Virus record (IMG/VR): IMGVR_UViG_3300028030_000009
Span: 13,082-77,081 of that record
Source of the DNA: a virus
DNA: 64,000 bases
Reading direction: 5' to 3' (one strand)
The translations under genes and the position numbers were made by a program. Each line of letters opens with the position of its first letter. The first letter of the stretch is position 1. Shown piece by piece: positions 1 through 8,309 of the stretch. A model generated the notes under the pieces. It saw only the letters and a program-made list of their open reading frames with translations, was not told the DNA's origin and made no database searches.

Positions 1-610
1 ATCCAGAGCCTGCGTTCCATAGAGCTTTAATGGCTTTTTTCTTCGGAGTTCCTTTTGCGTTTGCATACCCATAAGCAAGGGCAGCGATTGCGCCAGCCTT
101 GGCTCCGTCTTTCGCTCTCTTCTTTGCATTCCCTGCGATTGTCATCTCTTCCTGAGCCTTTCTTAGTGACTCTTCCGAAGACTCTCCTCCTGCGTCCTTC
201 TCAAGGTCGGCTTTCAACCTCGCAGAAAACAGCGATGCATAACTCTCGTCCTCAGCCGTCTTCAGTAATGTTCTTCGGTGCTCACCGAAGCGCAACCCAG
301 CTGAAATGTTTGCTGCTGTTCCAAGTATGTCCTTTTTCTTGATGCTACGACCTGCTTTTCTTCCAAAATCTTTTTTTCTGACAGAGTCTCTGAGATATTG
401 GTACTTCTTGATAGCCTCTGGGCTCCTCTCTCCACTTTTTATCAGCCTTTCAAGCGCTGCTCTCATCTTGTCCGGTGACACTCCGGCTGTTTTGTCCGCG
501 TCCTGTGTTTGTTCTCTCTGAATACCGTTGTCGTCAGCTAAGGCTTGTGCCATTTTTGAAATGAGCTCTTCGCTGCCAGTAATCTTCGAGAAGTCAAATG
601 TTTTATTCAT
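1..610 (-). CDS. Partial (runs off the left edge) basic/Ala-rich probable virion protein with repeated K-x-A motifs
   Basis: Manually translated from ATG 610 with RBS AAGGA: MNKTFDFSKITGSEELISKMAQALADD...; open to position 1. Confidence 0.75.
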   Translation of the reverse strand, partial: MNKTFDFSKITGSEELISKMAQALADDNGIQREQTQDADKTAGVSPDKMRAALERLIKSGERSPEAIKKYQYLRDSVRKKDFGRKAGRSIKKKDILGTAANISAGLRFGEHRRTLLKTAEDESYASLFSARLKADLEKDAGGESSEESLRKAQEEMTIAGNAKKRAKDGAKAGAIAALAYGYANAKGTPKKKAIKALWNAGSG

Positions 611-696
611 TCTCTAATCCTTGCGCAAGTTTTATGAAAGTGTAGTATATTGGCCAATACACTTGATGGTATTATAACAAAGAAGGGTTATTTTTC

Positions 697-978
697 TTAC
701 GGAAGATTGAAGTGTGCTGGAGACATGTATTCTGTTCCCGGCTCTTCAAATAGGACAAGTTCGCCGCCAGGGAGGACAATTCCTGTTATATCCAAGTGTG
801 TGACCCCGGTTGTCTCTATCCTATTAAGTTCACTTATTGCAAGCCTTATGAACTCTGGTGAGTTCTGGTACATTCTGTCAACATGGATTGGTGGTGTCAC
901 AGCATATGGAGCATTTTTATCGTTGACTATTGTCAGGAAGATGAGCGGAGTTGGATATTGTGATGTTGTACCAGTCAT
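697..978 (-). CDS. Hypothetical protein
   Basis: ORF; likely start MTGTTSQYP overlaps the TGA of a short upstream hydrophobic ORF. Confidence 0.55.
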   Translation of the reverse strand: MTGTTSQYPTPLIFLTIVNDKNAPYAVTPPIHVDRMYQNSPEFIRLAISELNRIETTGVTHLDITGIVLPGGELVLFEEPGTEYMSPAHFNLP

Positions 979-1190
979 AGTCCAGCACCACACGACATGC
1001 AAACAACTGTAGTGGCAAATGCCATCACAGCCACACCTATGAGTATGTACGCTACTAGCATTGGGTCATCAGTAAACAAGATTGCACCTCCGGCAAAGCG
1101 TTTTTGGTATTATACAACACAAAGGTGAAGGCTTATTTTTTTACACTCTTTTGGATATAATTCGAATGAATATGCACACAAGGCGCAAAG

Positions 1191-1442
1191 ATGTCAAAAA
1201 AAACCATCAAAAAGAAAAAAAGCATTAAAAAGTGTGGGCTCGTTGTCACTGATTTAGATAGAGACATTGCCTCTGTTTCACCAGATAGCGCCCAGGTTAT
1301 TGACAAGGTCAGCGCTACTTGGAACGACATTCAGAAGAAGAAAATGAGCAGGACACAAAGGTATTTAACCTATGTCAAGAGACCGAAGAGGCCAACATCC
1401 AGGATTGGACTACCAAAGACACCAAGAGTAAAAAAGATTTAA
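1191..1442 (+). CDS. Small basic hypothetical protein
   Basis: ORF track; TATAAT at ~1156 upstream. Confidence 0.6.
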   Translation: MSKKTIKKKKSIKKCGLVVTDLDRDIASVSPDSAQVIDKVSATWNDIQKKKMSRTQRYLTYVKRPKRPTSRIGLPKTPRVKKI

Positions 1443-1445
1443 CAC

Positions 1446-1613
1446 ATGACACTATCAGAAAGCGCATACATCCCGATACTGATTTTTTTTGTGCTGATTT
1501 CGGCAGGGGTATCAATAGTAACTGCAGTAATCGGTGTCACAATATACGTAGCCTACTACCTAAAAAAAAGAGTCGCAGCCAGAAGCGACAGCAGCGACGC
1601 AGCTGGACAATAA
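1446..1613 (+). CDS. Small membrane protein (55 aa)
   Basis: Manual translation MTLSESAYIPILIFFVLISAGVSIVTAVIGVTIYVAYYLKKR...; long hydrophobic segment then a basic stretch. Confidence 0.55.
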   Translation: MTLSESAYIPILIFFVLISAGVSIVTAVIGVTIYVAYYLKKRVAARSDSSDAAGQ

Positions 1614-1917
1614 CTACCACTCCACTACACCATCAATATAGACAACAAAACATCGTGAATCCATGATTGCTTGACAATCAAATGGATATCGGTGTACAAT
1701 GACATTGCTACTTTTTATGTCAGGGCCTCACTGCCCTGTCTCTTCTTTTTTACTCCAAAAGAAAGAACTCGCTCCAACATAATTGCAGTCGCAATAATAA
1801 CTTGTTGGGGCTTTCTGTCTCACCCCAATCAAACTTGCTTTTTAATGCTGTACATCTTTATGCTAATCAAAGCAAAATACTGTACAATACGGTATTCTTA
1901 GCAAAAAGGAGTGGCTT

Positions 1918-2799
1918 ATGAGGATACCTGTGTTTTCAACTGGGGATATAACAATCGGCTCAATTGACAAAGAGTGGCTGAAGAATAACAACCCACTCAT
2001 AAAATCATCTACAGGGGAAAGTGGAGCTCGAATTCCAGCTGTCGCTGTTGCGTATAAGCCTGATATCTTATATGATGACGGGGAAATAATTGTTCCAGGT
2101 GATTCGTTCTTCTTGATGTACAGGTTTGACTTGTCGCATTTTAGGGGCGAGAAGGTGCCAATCGAAATTATCCCATATGAGCGTGATTCTGATATGGCAT
2201 GGGTTCTTGTCGAGTATACAAGATGCTTCAAGCATAGGGACAAGGTGCTCTCTGAAATTTTTGACGAAATCGTAGGCTCAAGACCGTTGTTTCTTAGTGA
2301 GTACAGGCGTGTTCGCATAGAAGAGCTTGTAAACACTATGTGGTCAGACACAGAGTCACCATTGTTTAGGAAAATCAGCCTCACTCCCGGAGACGACGGA
2401 GAAATAACATGGTCTGGAGCACACAACTCACTAAGAAAACATCTGTTCTTTGATGCGGCATCCCCGTTCGTGGAAAGATTCACATTTGAGCAGCAGGCCA
2501 AAATCCTTATCTCATCTCTTACTGTCGCCAAAAGCATTAGTGGCTTCAAGGATGTACTCTGTGCACAGCTTGGGTTTGATGCAGTCATGATTGCAATTGA
2601 AGCTGCTCTGCAAAAGGTTCGTGATGTTATGTACTTTGACGAAATATACAACTACACCAAAGAGAGTATTCTTGTTCTTGGGGAAATCGACTGGAAAGAG
2701 AAGGACAGGTATAGAGGAGTATCTGGAAGGTCTACTCTATTTGAAGACATTCGGGAACATAGCGATAGATTTCACGACAAGCACTCTTCACATTCTTGA
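1918..2799 (+). CDS. Hypothetical protein (293 aa)
   Basis: Long ORF with RBS AAGGAG; no motif recognised. Confidence 0.8.
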   Translation: MRIPVFSTGDITIGSIDKEWLKNNNPLIKSSTGESGARIPAVAVAYKPDILYDDGEIIVPGDSFFLMYRFDLSHFRGEKVPIEIIPYERDSDMAWVLVEYTRCFKHRDKVLSEIFDEIVGSRPLFLSEYRRVRIEELVNTMWSDTESPLFRKISLTPGDDGEITWSGAHNSLRKHLFFDAASPFVERFTFEQQAKILISSLTVAKSISGFKDVLCAQLGFDAVMIAIEAALQKVRDVMYFDEIYNYTKESILVLGEIDWKEKDRYRGVSGRSTLFEDIREHSDRFHDKHSSHS

Positions 2800-2807
2800 A
2801 ATAATAG

Positions 2808-2816
2808 TGCTATAAT
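2808..2816 (+). promoter_or_regulatory. Extended -10 promoter TGCTATAAT
   Basis: Perfect TGnTATAAT immediately upstream of the structured RNA. Confidence 0.6.
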
Positions 2817-2822
2817 ACTCCC

Positions 2823-2980
2823 AAGGATGGTGGACGCCCACTAGTGTTCCTATCCCAGCCACTACTCCAATGGCGGTTGAGCTGAAACCTTGACTTATAG
2901 CCTATCGGCTAGGTTAAGGTTCGGTTCAGCCGCTACGGAAAAGCGCCGCCCACCGCTTAGAAAGTGGCTATCGTAGGGGG
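2823..2980 (+). ncRNA. Putative structured ncRNA (multibranch, ~29-bp imperfect hairpin)
   Basis: Hairpin 2871-2935 with ~6 G-U pairs; closing stem AGCCACT 2857-2863/AGTGGCT 2963-2969; small hairpins 2828-2843 and 2941-2958. Confidence 0.6.
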
Positions 2981-2995
2981 TTTGCGTGTTGTACG

Positions 2996-3085
2996 ACCAC
3001 ACCCAAAAACCCCCAAAACCCCAAAACAAAACAACAACACTTCTTCTCAATACTACTATTCCTTTCCTATCTATACTCACTATAT
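2996..3085. repeat. G-free tract; A/C-only over 2996-3040 (C3-5/A4-5 runs)
   Basis: Base composition read directly. Confidence 0.85.
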
Positions 3086-3427
3086 GATTCTTTGGCTGTT
3101 AGTACTCCTTTAATGGGGTTTGGTTTGCTTTGTATGTATATGGGTTGGGGTGGCTCCATATGTCCAGAACACTTAGGCCAGAGCACCTATGTTATACGGA
3201 ACACCAAAAATCGTACTACAACCCGTAGTAAGCGTTTTTTTAGCAAAAATGAGTTTTCTACACCTTGGTGTCAAAAATATGTGTGGGCTTTTGTTGGTTA
3301 TGCTCTGCTATGTTATACCTCTATACCTATTTTGGTCCGGAGCACCTGTCTTTTTCCCTATGATAGGGCACATTGGGCTTTTCTACCAATCAATTCTCGC
3401 TTAGTGTTTGCAAGAAACAATACAGTA

Positions 3428-3689
3428 CTACGGGTTGTAGAAAGTACTTGCGTATTGTTTTTTCTACGGGTTGTAGAACGCTTCTCTTGACAACCTTTTC
3501 TACGGGTTGTAGAAAATACATACAATCCTATCTGCTCTCTTGCAGCAAAGGTGATATCTCAACTTTTTACTACGGGTTGTAGAAAACAAAAATCATACTA
3601 TTGTCTACGGGGTGTAGTAATGGTATAATTGCAATACTGACTACGGGGTGTAGAAAGCTAGCTTTTAAATACTTTACTACGGGTCGTAG
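3428..3689. repeat. Array of 7 palindromic CTAC-GGG(T/G)(T/C)-GTAG repeats with a 35-36 bp period, plus an inverted copy at 3216-3228
   Basis: Copies start at 3428, 3464, 3500, 3570, 3605, 3641 and 3677, with unique 22-23 nt spacers; the skipped slot holds CTGC-N6-GCAG at 3532-3545. Confidence 0.95.
3601..3629 (+). promoter_or_regulatory. Sigma70-like promoter embedded in the repeat array
   Basis: TTGTCT-17 nt-TATAAT with extended TG; overlapped by the repeat at 3605, with two more repeats downstream of the predicted TSS. Confidence 0.6.
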
Positions 3690-3709
3690 AAAAAAATAAG
3701 GATTGAAAA

Positions 3710-3946
3710 ATGGAAGCTCTTGTTGATGTAGATGGTAGAGAGATAAACGTTGGAGACATTGTAGAGGAAGATGGGCATCTCTTTGAGATAGTGTGGCACA
3801 ATGGAGAGTACATGGCTAAGTACTTCTATCCTGATGAGAGTAGAATCGGGAGCCTTGCTGATGTAACTTCAGAAGGTATCTGGCATAATTATGGATTGAA
3901 GGTTGTATCTTCCTGCAACGAAAACATCGATAGGATTCTCAAATGA
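3710..3946 (+). CDS. YopX-like phage protein
   Basis: LVDVDGREINVGDIV...EIVW motif typical of the YopX C-terminal part; RBS AAGGA. Confidence 0.6.
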   Translation: MEALVDVDGREINVGDIVEEDGHLFEIVWHNGEYMAKYFYPDESRIGSLADVTSEGIWHNYGLKVVSSCNENIDRILK

Positions 3947-4587
3947 CATTCTCAGAGTTGAAGAGGAAAGCATATAATGAGGGCATGACTCTTGTTCCGT
4001 TGTATATACTTGTTGAAGATTGGGGCGGGAGGCTATTCGGGAAAGAGCGGCTGTACAGAAAGAAGGATTTGATTGAAGGACCAATCCGTGTTCTGTCTTC
4101 CGATGAGATACGGTACAACTTTGCTTTCCCGAACCCATTGATTGAGCCAGCTACAGTTAAGTACTCACCTACTATTCTCAAAAGACAGATTCTTACATCA
4201 CGCTGCATCATCTTTCCAGGAAGAAAGACGTTCAATGGTGTTGCTTGGTATGCGCAGACTGACAGGAAGATTACAGTTCCACCATTCCACTCTTTTGTTG
4301 TTGACCCGAAAGGAGTTGAGCGCTCTGTGAGACTAATGCTTTGGTTTAACAGGAGAGATGTCATTGATGCAATCAATACAGAAATGCCGAAGAATGGAAT
4401 GACAATATCTTTTATGAGAGAGCTGCCTGTGCCAGTAAATGAAACACCGAACGATGTGGTCGAAGAGTTTGTGGATTTAAACAACAAGAGGATGCAGCTT
4501 CTCTCTGGTGTTGAGATGACATCGTCTAACATAAGAAAGCTTATTGAAAGATACGACAGGGCTGGGGAGGGGAATGCCCCAGCCTGA
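3943..4587 (+). CDS. Putative solitary half type I R-M specificity subunit (HsdS-like: one TRD plus helical region)
   Basis: Spacing of VPLYILVE / GPIRVLSSDEI / QILTSRCIIFPGRKT / VPPFHSFVV / LWFN / ISFMRELPVPV plus a C-terminal amphipathic helix resembles an HsdS half; ATGA-coupled to the upstream gene. Confidence 0.5.
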   Translation: MTFSELKRKAYNEGMTLVPLYILVEDWGGRLFGKERLYRKKDLIEGPIRVLSSDEIRYNFAFPNPLIEPATVKYSPTILKRQILTSRCIIFPGRKTFNGVAWYAQTDRKITVPPFHSFVVDPKGVERSVRLMLWFNRRDVIDAINTEMPKNGMTISFMRELPVPVNETPNDVVEEFVDLNNKRMQLLSGVEMTSSNIRKLIERYDRAGEGNAPA

Positions 4588-4783
4588 AAGGAGGTATGAG
4601 TGGCAAAAAAATCGTGCGACTCCGTACGGACTGCCCGGCACTTACACGCCCTTTTTAGGACGGCGGTTTTTTACCGCAAACGAATAGTAACAAAAAAATT
4701 TACATAGGTCAACATAGGAACACTATAGAACAAAGAGTTGATGTGGTATAATTTTCCAAATAAAAGTTCCACGGAGGATAACG

Positions 4784-4975
4784 ATGAGTCTCATCCTTGT
4801 AGTATGGGCAATCATTACAGTAGCGTTACTGGTTGCAATAAAATCAAGAGACGAAGAGCTTGGAGTGTATGGGGTTATCGCGGTTTGTTTTTGGCCAATG
4901 GCGCTAATAGCATATATCATTCATATTGCAACACATACACTGTTTTTTAAGCAGCAGCACACACCGGCACTATAG
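4784..4975 (+). CDS. Small two-TM membrane protein
   Basis: RBS GGAGG; two hydrophobic segments; TGGTATAAT at 4744-4752. Confidence 0.7.
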   Translation: MSLILVVWAIITVALLVAIKSRDEELGVYGVIAVCFWPMALIAYIIHIATHTLFFKQQHTPAL

Positions 4976-5077
4976 AAGCACTCGAAGCATTATCCCCAGA
5001 AAATGGGAATCTTGTTATGTTTTTAACTTTTTTAGTGTAGAATACTGTCTATAAAATACAACATTAGGACGGGGCAG

Positions 5078-5692
5078 TTGTTTAGCATACAAAATGCGTA
5101 TTCATCAGCGATATCAGCTCTCTATGGGTTAAAGAGAAAAGACCCGTGCCCTTATACTTTCAGACTGTTTGGCCCTGCGCACAACAAAAGAGTTGTATTT
5201 GGCCCAGCTCAGTGGGGAATATCTGTTTCTGAAATAGAAAATAGAATGTGGCTAAAGTCGCATGGGTTTGATATGAACGATATAGACAGGATTGAGAAAA
5301 TATTGATGCTTGGGTCAATAAGGAGCGATGACAAATTATTTTTGTCTTCTATGAACAGGCGACTAAAAGAAAAACAGCTTCCAATAGACCTTGAGACAAA
5401 AAAATGGTGTGGACTTGAACTTAAAAGAATCTCCTCAATACAAGGGCTTGATTTCGCAAAAAGCTCGAACCTCATTGGCGCTCTTACTCTATGGCACAAC
5501 ATAAAATACCGTATCGAAGAAGGCTCACAGTTTCACGATAGATGGGCTTATGTTTCTGGCAAAAAAACAGACGGTGGCGCCAGGTTTGTTGCAGAGTTTT
5601 TGCATTGGAAACTGCAGAGAGAAGTGGCCGACGAGGACATGCAAGATATTGTCAAACGCTATGGTATAATCTTAGACAGAGTAAAATTCTAA
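5078..5692 (+). CDS. Hypothetical protein
   Basis: 204-aa ORF, TTG start with AGGA upstream. Confidence 0.7.
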   Translation: MFSIQNAYSSAISALYGLKRKDPCPYTFRLFGPAHNKRVVFGPAQWGISVSEIENRMWLKSHGFDMNDIDRIEKILMLGSIRSDDKLFLSSMNRRLKEKQLPIDLETKKWCGLELKRISSIQGLDFAKSSNLIGALTLWHNIKYRIEEGSQFHDRWAYVSGKKTDGGARFVAEFLHWKLQREVADEDMQDIVKRYGIILDRVKF

Positions 5693-5706
5693 GCAGTAGG
5701 TAAACC

Positions 5707-6597
5707 ATGGCAACACAACCAGATGAACTATTATCAAAAGGACCTAGGGTCGTCCCCCATGATGCATCAGTAAGAGTTGCGACACAAGACAGTTCAGACC
5801 CAAAAACACTATATGGATTTAACGCCCTTGGGAACATGGCGTTTGGCGCAGGGTCTCTAGTTTCTCCAGTATCAAAAAAGCTTGTTGCTGGCAGAAGGCA
5901 TCCGTCGCTGTATTCCGCTGGACTGAGAACACGGAACCTTGTTCTTGGAGGACTTGCTGGAGCAGCACTATCTACTCCGTTCGACTACCTTCAGTCAAAG
6001 GCTGAAGAAAGATATAGAAATGATAAGGATTTCAACGCAAAGCACTTTGGGGCAATCCTCCTCCCAGCACTTGCAAGCGGTACGCTTGGAACCGGCGTGA
6101 TGATGAATACTATCGACACCATGAAGCTTGGCAATCGTGTTGGGACAAAGAAGATGGTTGCTGGAATCCTTTCTCCGAAAAGAAACATTAAGAGAACACG
6201 TCGTGAAATGGGAAGCATCGCAAGAGCATTTAGGGGTAAAAATATAGGTGGAGCCCTGCTGGGCGCATTGATGTTGGGCTCAAGCCTTATAGGTCCAGCA
6301 CAGTACGCATATAGGACGCTCAGAGGGAAAAAAGACGAAGAGCTTAAAAAAGAGGCGTCTGCTCGAAACACAAATGACATTCTTCGCTCGCTTAGGGCAA
6401 TTAAAAACAAGCTTGGAAAATCAGCGGCAGGCATTGACAAGAAAAAGTTTGACACTGGACTTGGGTACTTTATTCTTGCCAGTGGAGGACTTGCAGCAGG
6501 TGAAAGCTTGCGAAGAAAACTAAGAAAGCAAGAGACGGTTTATCCAGACCAAGCTGTGTCGAAAAGCATGTTTGAGGGCGTAAGAGTATATACATAA
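5707..6597 (+). CDS. Basic, Gly/Ala-zipper-rich probable virion (ejection-type) protein
   Basis: Several GGLAGAAL-type segments; KKEAS motif; TGGTATAAT at 5662-5670. Confidence 0.7.
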   Translation: MATQPDELLSKGPRVVPHDASVRVATQDSSDPKTLYGFNALGNMAFGAGSLVSPVSKKLVAGRRHPSLYSAGLRTRNLVLGGLAGAALSTPFDYLQSKAEERYRNDKDFNAKHFGAILLPALASGTLGTGVMMNTIDTMKLGNRVGTKKMVAGILSPKRNIKRTRREMGSIARAFRGKNIGGALLGALMLGSSLIGPAQYAYRTLRGKKDEELKKEASARNTNDILRSLRAIKNKLGKSAAGIDKKKFDTGLGYFILASGGLAAGESLRRKLRKQETVYPDQAVSKSMFEGVRVYT

Positions 6598-6606
6598 AGG
6601 ACGAAT

Positions 6607-7584
6607 ATGGCTGAAAATATAACTTTTGAGGATTTGAATACTTTTGCAGACGCACTAAAATATGCAGACACATTGCTTCGGACTGCTGAGAGTGGGGTAG
6701 AGCTTTCATATGATTTCATCAGGTCTTATGACTACTATGGAACAGTTAGAATGGCTATCCCAAATGGCACTCCTCTTGAGGCTCCTACAGTCGTATTGAA
6801 GAATTACGATGTGTCAAAATTTTATCAATATACTCCACAGAGCATGTCAAACTTCTTCTATCCGAAGTCTTCTGGAGCAATCCCAGGTGTTGTTGTTGAG
6901 GATGCTTCAGCAGAAACTGATATGTCACTTCTAACAAAGCAGTACATCGAATCAAACTCAATCCTTGTTGACGGACAGTTCTACGCAGACTACTGTTCGT
7001 ATTCAAGCAATGTTGCTGTTGATGAAAACAGCGACGATGCAACAGCTGCAAAACTATCCATCCTTGATACAATGTGCTACAAAGTTAATGAGACGATTCC
7101 TGTTGATTCTGACGACTGGAACGTTTCAATTAAAACATCAATGGCTATGATTTCAAAAGCCAAGGGTTCAAATGTTTTTGTGTTTAGGCTCGCATCAATC
7201 CCAAGCATAAGGGCCAGAAATATTAATGTGGCGTCATCTACGTACACAATTGACTGGCTCACAAACGGCTACATCCAGACAGATGGAATTATTGCGCAGG
7301 ACGCAGAGATAACAGAAGAAGCGTATGAGAGCTCAAACGTGGCAACAATAAAAGCACTATATGACAGCAGTCTGAAGACAGCTGGCTCAACACTTGAGCT
7401 TCACCTTGAAGCCCCAATAGGCATTGCTGCTGCAAAACAAAAAGTTAATGATTTTATGGAGATTTCTGGAGCAAACTGTGTATACGAAGGAGAGGACGCA
7501 TTCCTCACAAGAGAAGAAGGGGTTGAGCTCGCTAAGTATTTGATTAGAAAGTTAGCTGGAATCAAGCTCGGAATCCAGGTGTAA
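6607..7584 (+). CDS. Acidic hypothetical protein, possibly structural
   Basis: 325-aa ORF with RBS AAGGA. Confidence 0.8.
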   Translation: MAENITFEDLNTFADALKYADTLLRTAESGVELSYDFIRSYDYYGTVRMAIPNGTPLEAPTVVLKNYDVSKFYQYTPQSMSNFFYPKSSGAIPGVVVEDASAETDMSLLTKQYIESNSILVDGQFYADYCSYSSNVAVDENSDDATAAKLSILDTMCYKVNETIPVDSDDWNVSIKTSMAMISKAKGSNVFVFRLASIPSIRARNINVASSTYTIDWLTNGYIQTDGIIAQDAEITEEAYESSNVATIKALYDSSLKTAGSTLELHLEAPIGIAAAKQKVNDFMEISGANCVYEGEDAFLTREEGVELAKYLIRKLAGIKLGIQV

Positions 7585-7610
7585 TCTAAAAAAAAATACA
7601 GCCACAAACA

Positions 7611-7627
7611 GCGGGCGAATAGCCCGC
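7611..7627. terminator. Hairpin between convergent transcription units
   Basis: GCGGGC-GAATA-GCCCGC. Confidence 0.6.
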
Positions 7628-7636
7628 GTCAAGACG

Positions 7637-8218
7637 TTACTTTCCGAAAATCTCTTCCAGCAGTTCGTCGATGTCTTTTTTGTCTTTTTTGGCTTGTACA
7701 CCCTTGATGATGTCCACAATAATCTGCATTACAGCACCGGGAATATCATCGCTGTCGTCGTTTTCGACAACCTTTCGCTCTGAGTGCTTTTTGATTTCTT
7801 CGACCTCTTTTACTTTTTCGATGCCCTTTTGAGAAAGCTCCCCAACTCCATAGTACAGAAGAGTCGCATTCTTTGACTTATCAATGAGCTCAATAAACTG
7901 TTTGGCCTCTTCTTCTGTTTCAAAGACGAAAGATTCGGTGTCCTCTTCAAAAAAGTTTACGACTTTGACGATATGATACTGCCGCTCATATTCTTCGTCT
8001 CTGCCGATAGGTTCTCCGTTTGCCTCAACCACTGTGTATTCCTCGGCGTCCTCTTTGTTGCATGCCTTCAGTTCAGATTTGCAAATCTTGATTCCATAGG
8101 GCTTTCCGTCTTCGTTTTCGCCTACACATACATAGTGACTGTCATCAACTTTTGTCACGACAAGCTCTTCCCCGTTTTTTACTTTGAAAATTGTGCCTTT
8201 TTTGAATTCGTTTTTCAT
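7637..8218 (-). CDS. Acidic hypothetical protein
   Basis: ORF with RBS AAGGGG. Confidence 0.8.
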   Translation of the reverse strand: MKNEFKKGTIFKVKNGEELVVTKVDDSHYVCVGENEDGKPYGIKICKSELKACNKEDAEEYTVVEANGEPIGRDEEYERQYHIVKVVNFFEEDTESFVFETEEEAKQFIELIDKSKNATLLYYGVGELSQKGIEKVKEVEEIKKHSERKVVENDDSDDIPGAVMQIIVDIIKGVQAKKDKKDIDELLEEIFGK

Positions 8219-8309
8219 CTTAATCCCCTTATATTTTGTTTTCGTTTTTTATATAAGCGCATTTATGCGCACCTTTTCCTGTACCTCGAACAATAATTGT
8301 TAAGTCAGC

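Noticed and set aside
1430-1436. A AAA AAG slippery site near the end of 1191-1442
   Set aside because: There is no downstream stem, and the -1 frame overlaps a more convincing membrane-protein ORF (1446-1613).
2823-2980. Retron msr-msd
   Set aside because: The long hairpin and flanking inverted repeat fit superficially, but no reverse transcriptase (YADD/VTG motifs) is recognisable in the window.
3428-3689. Canonical CRISPR array
   Set aside because: The conserved repeat is only 13-18 bp with 22-23 nt spacers, there is an inverted copy, and no cas operon is present. The PD-(D/E)XK gene at 50910 sits in a recombination module.
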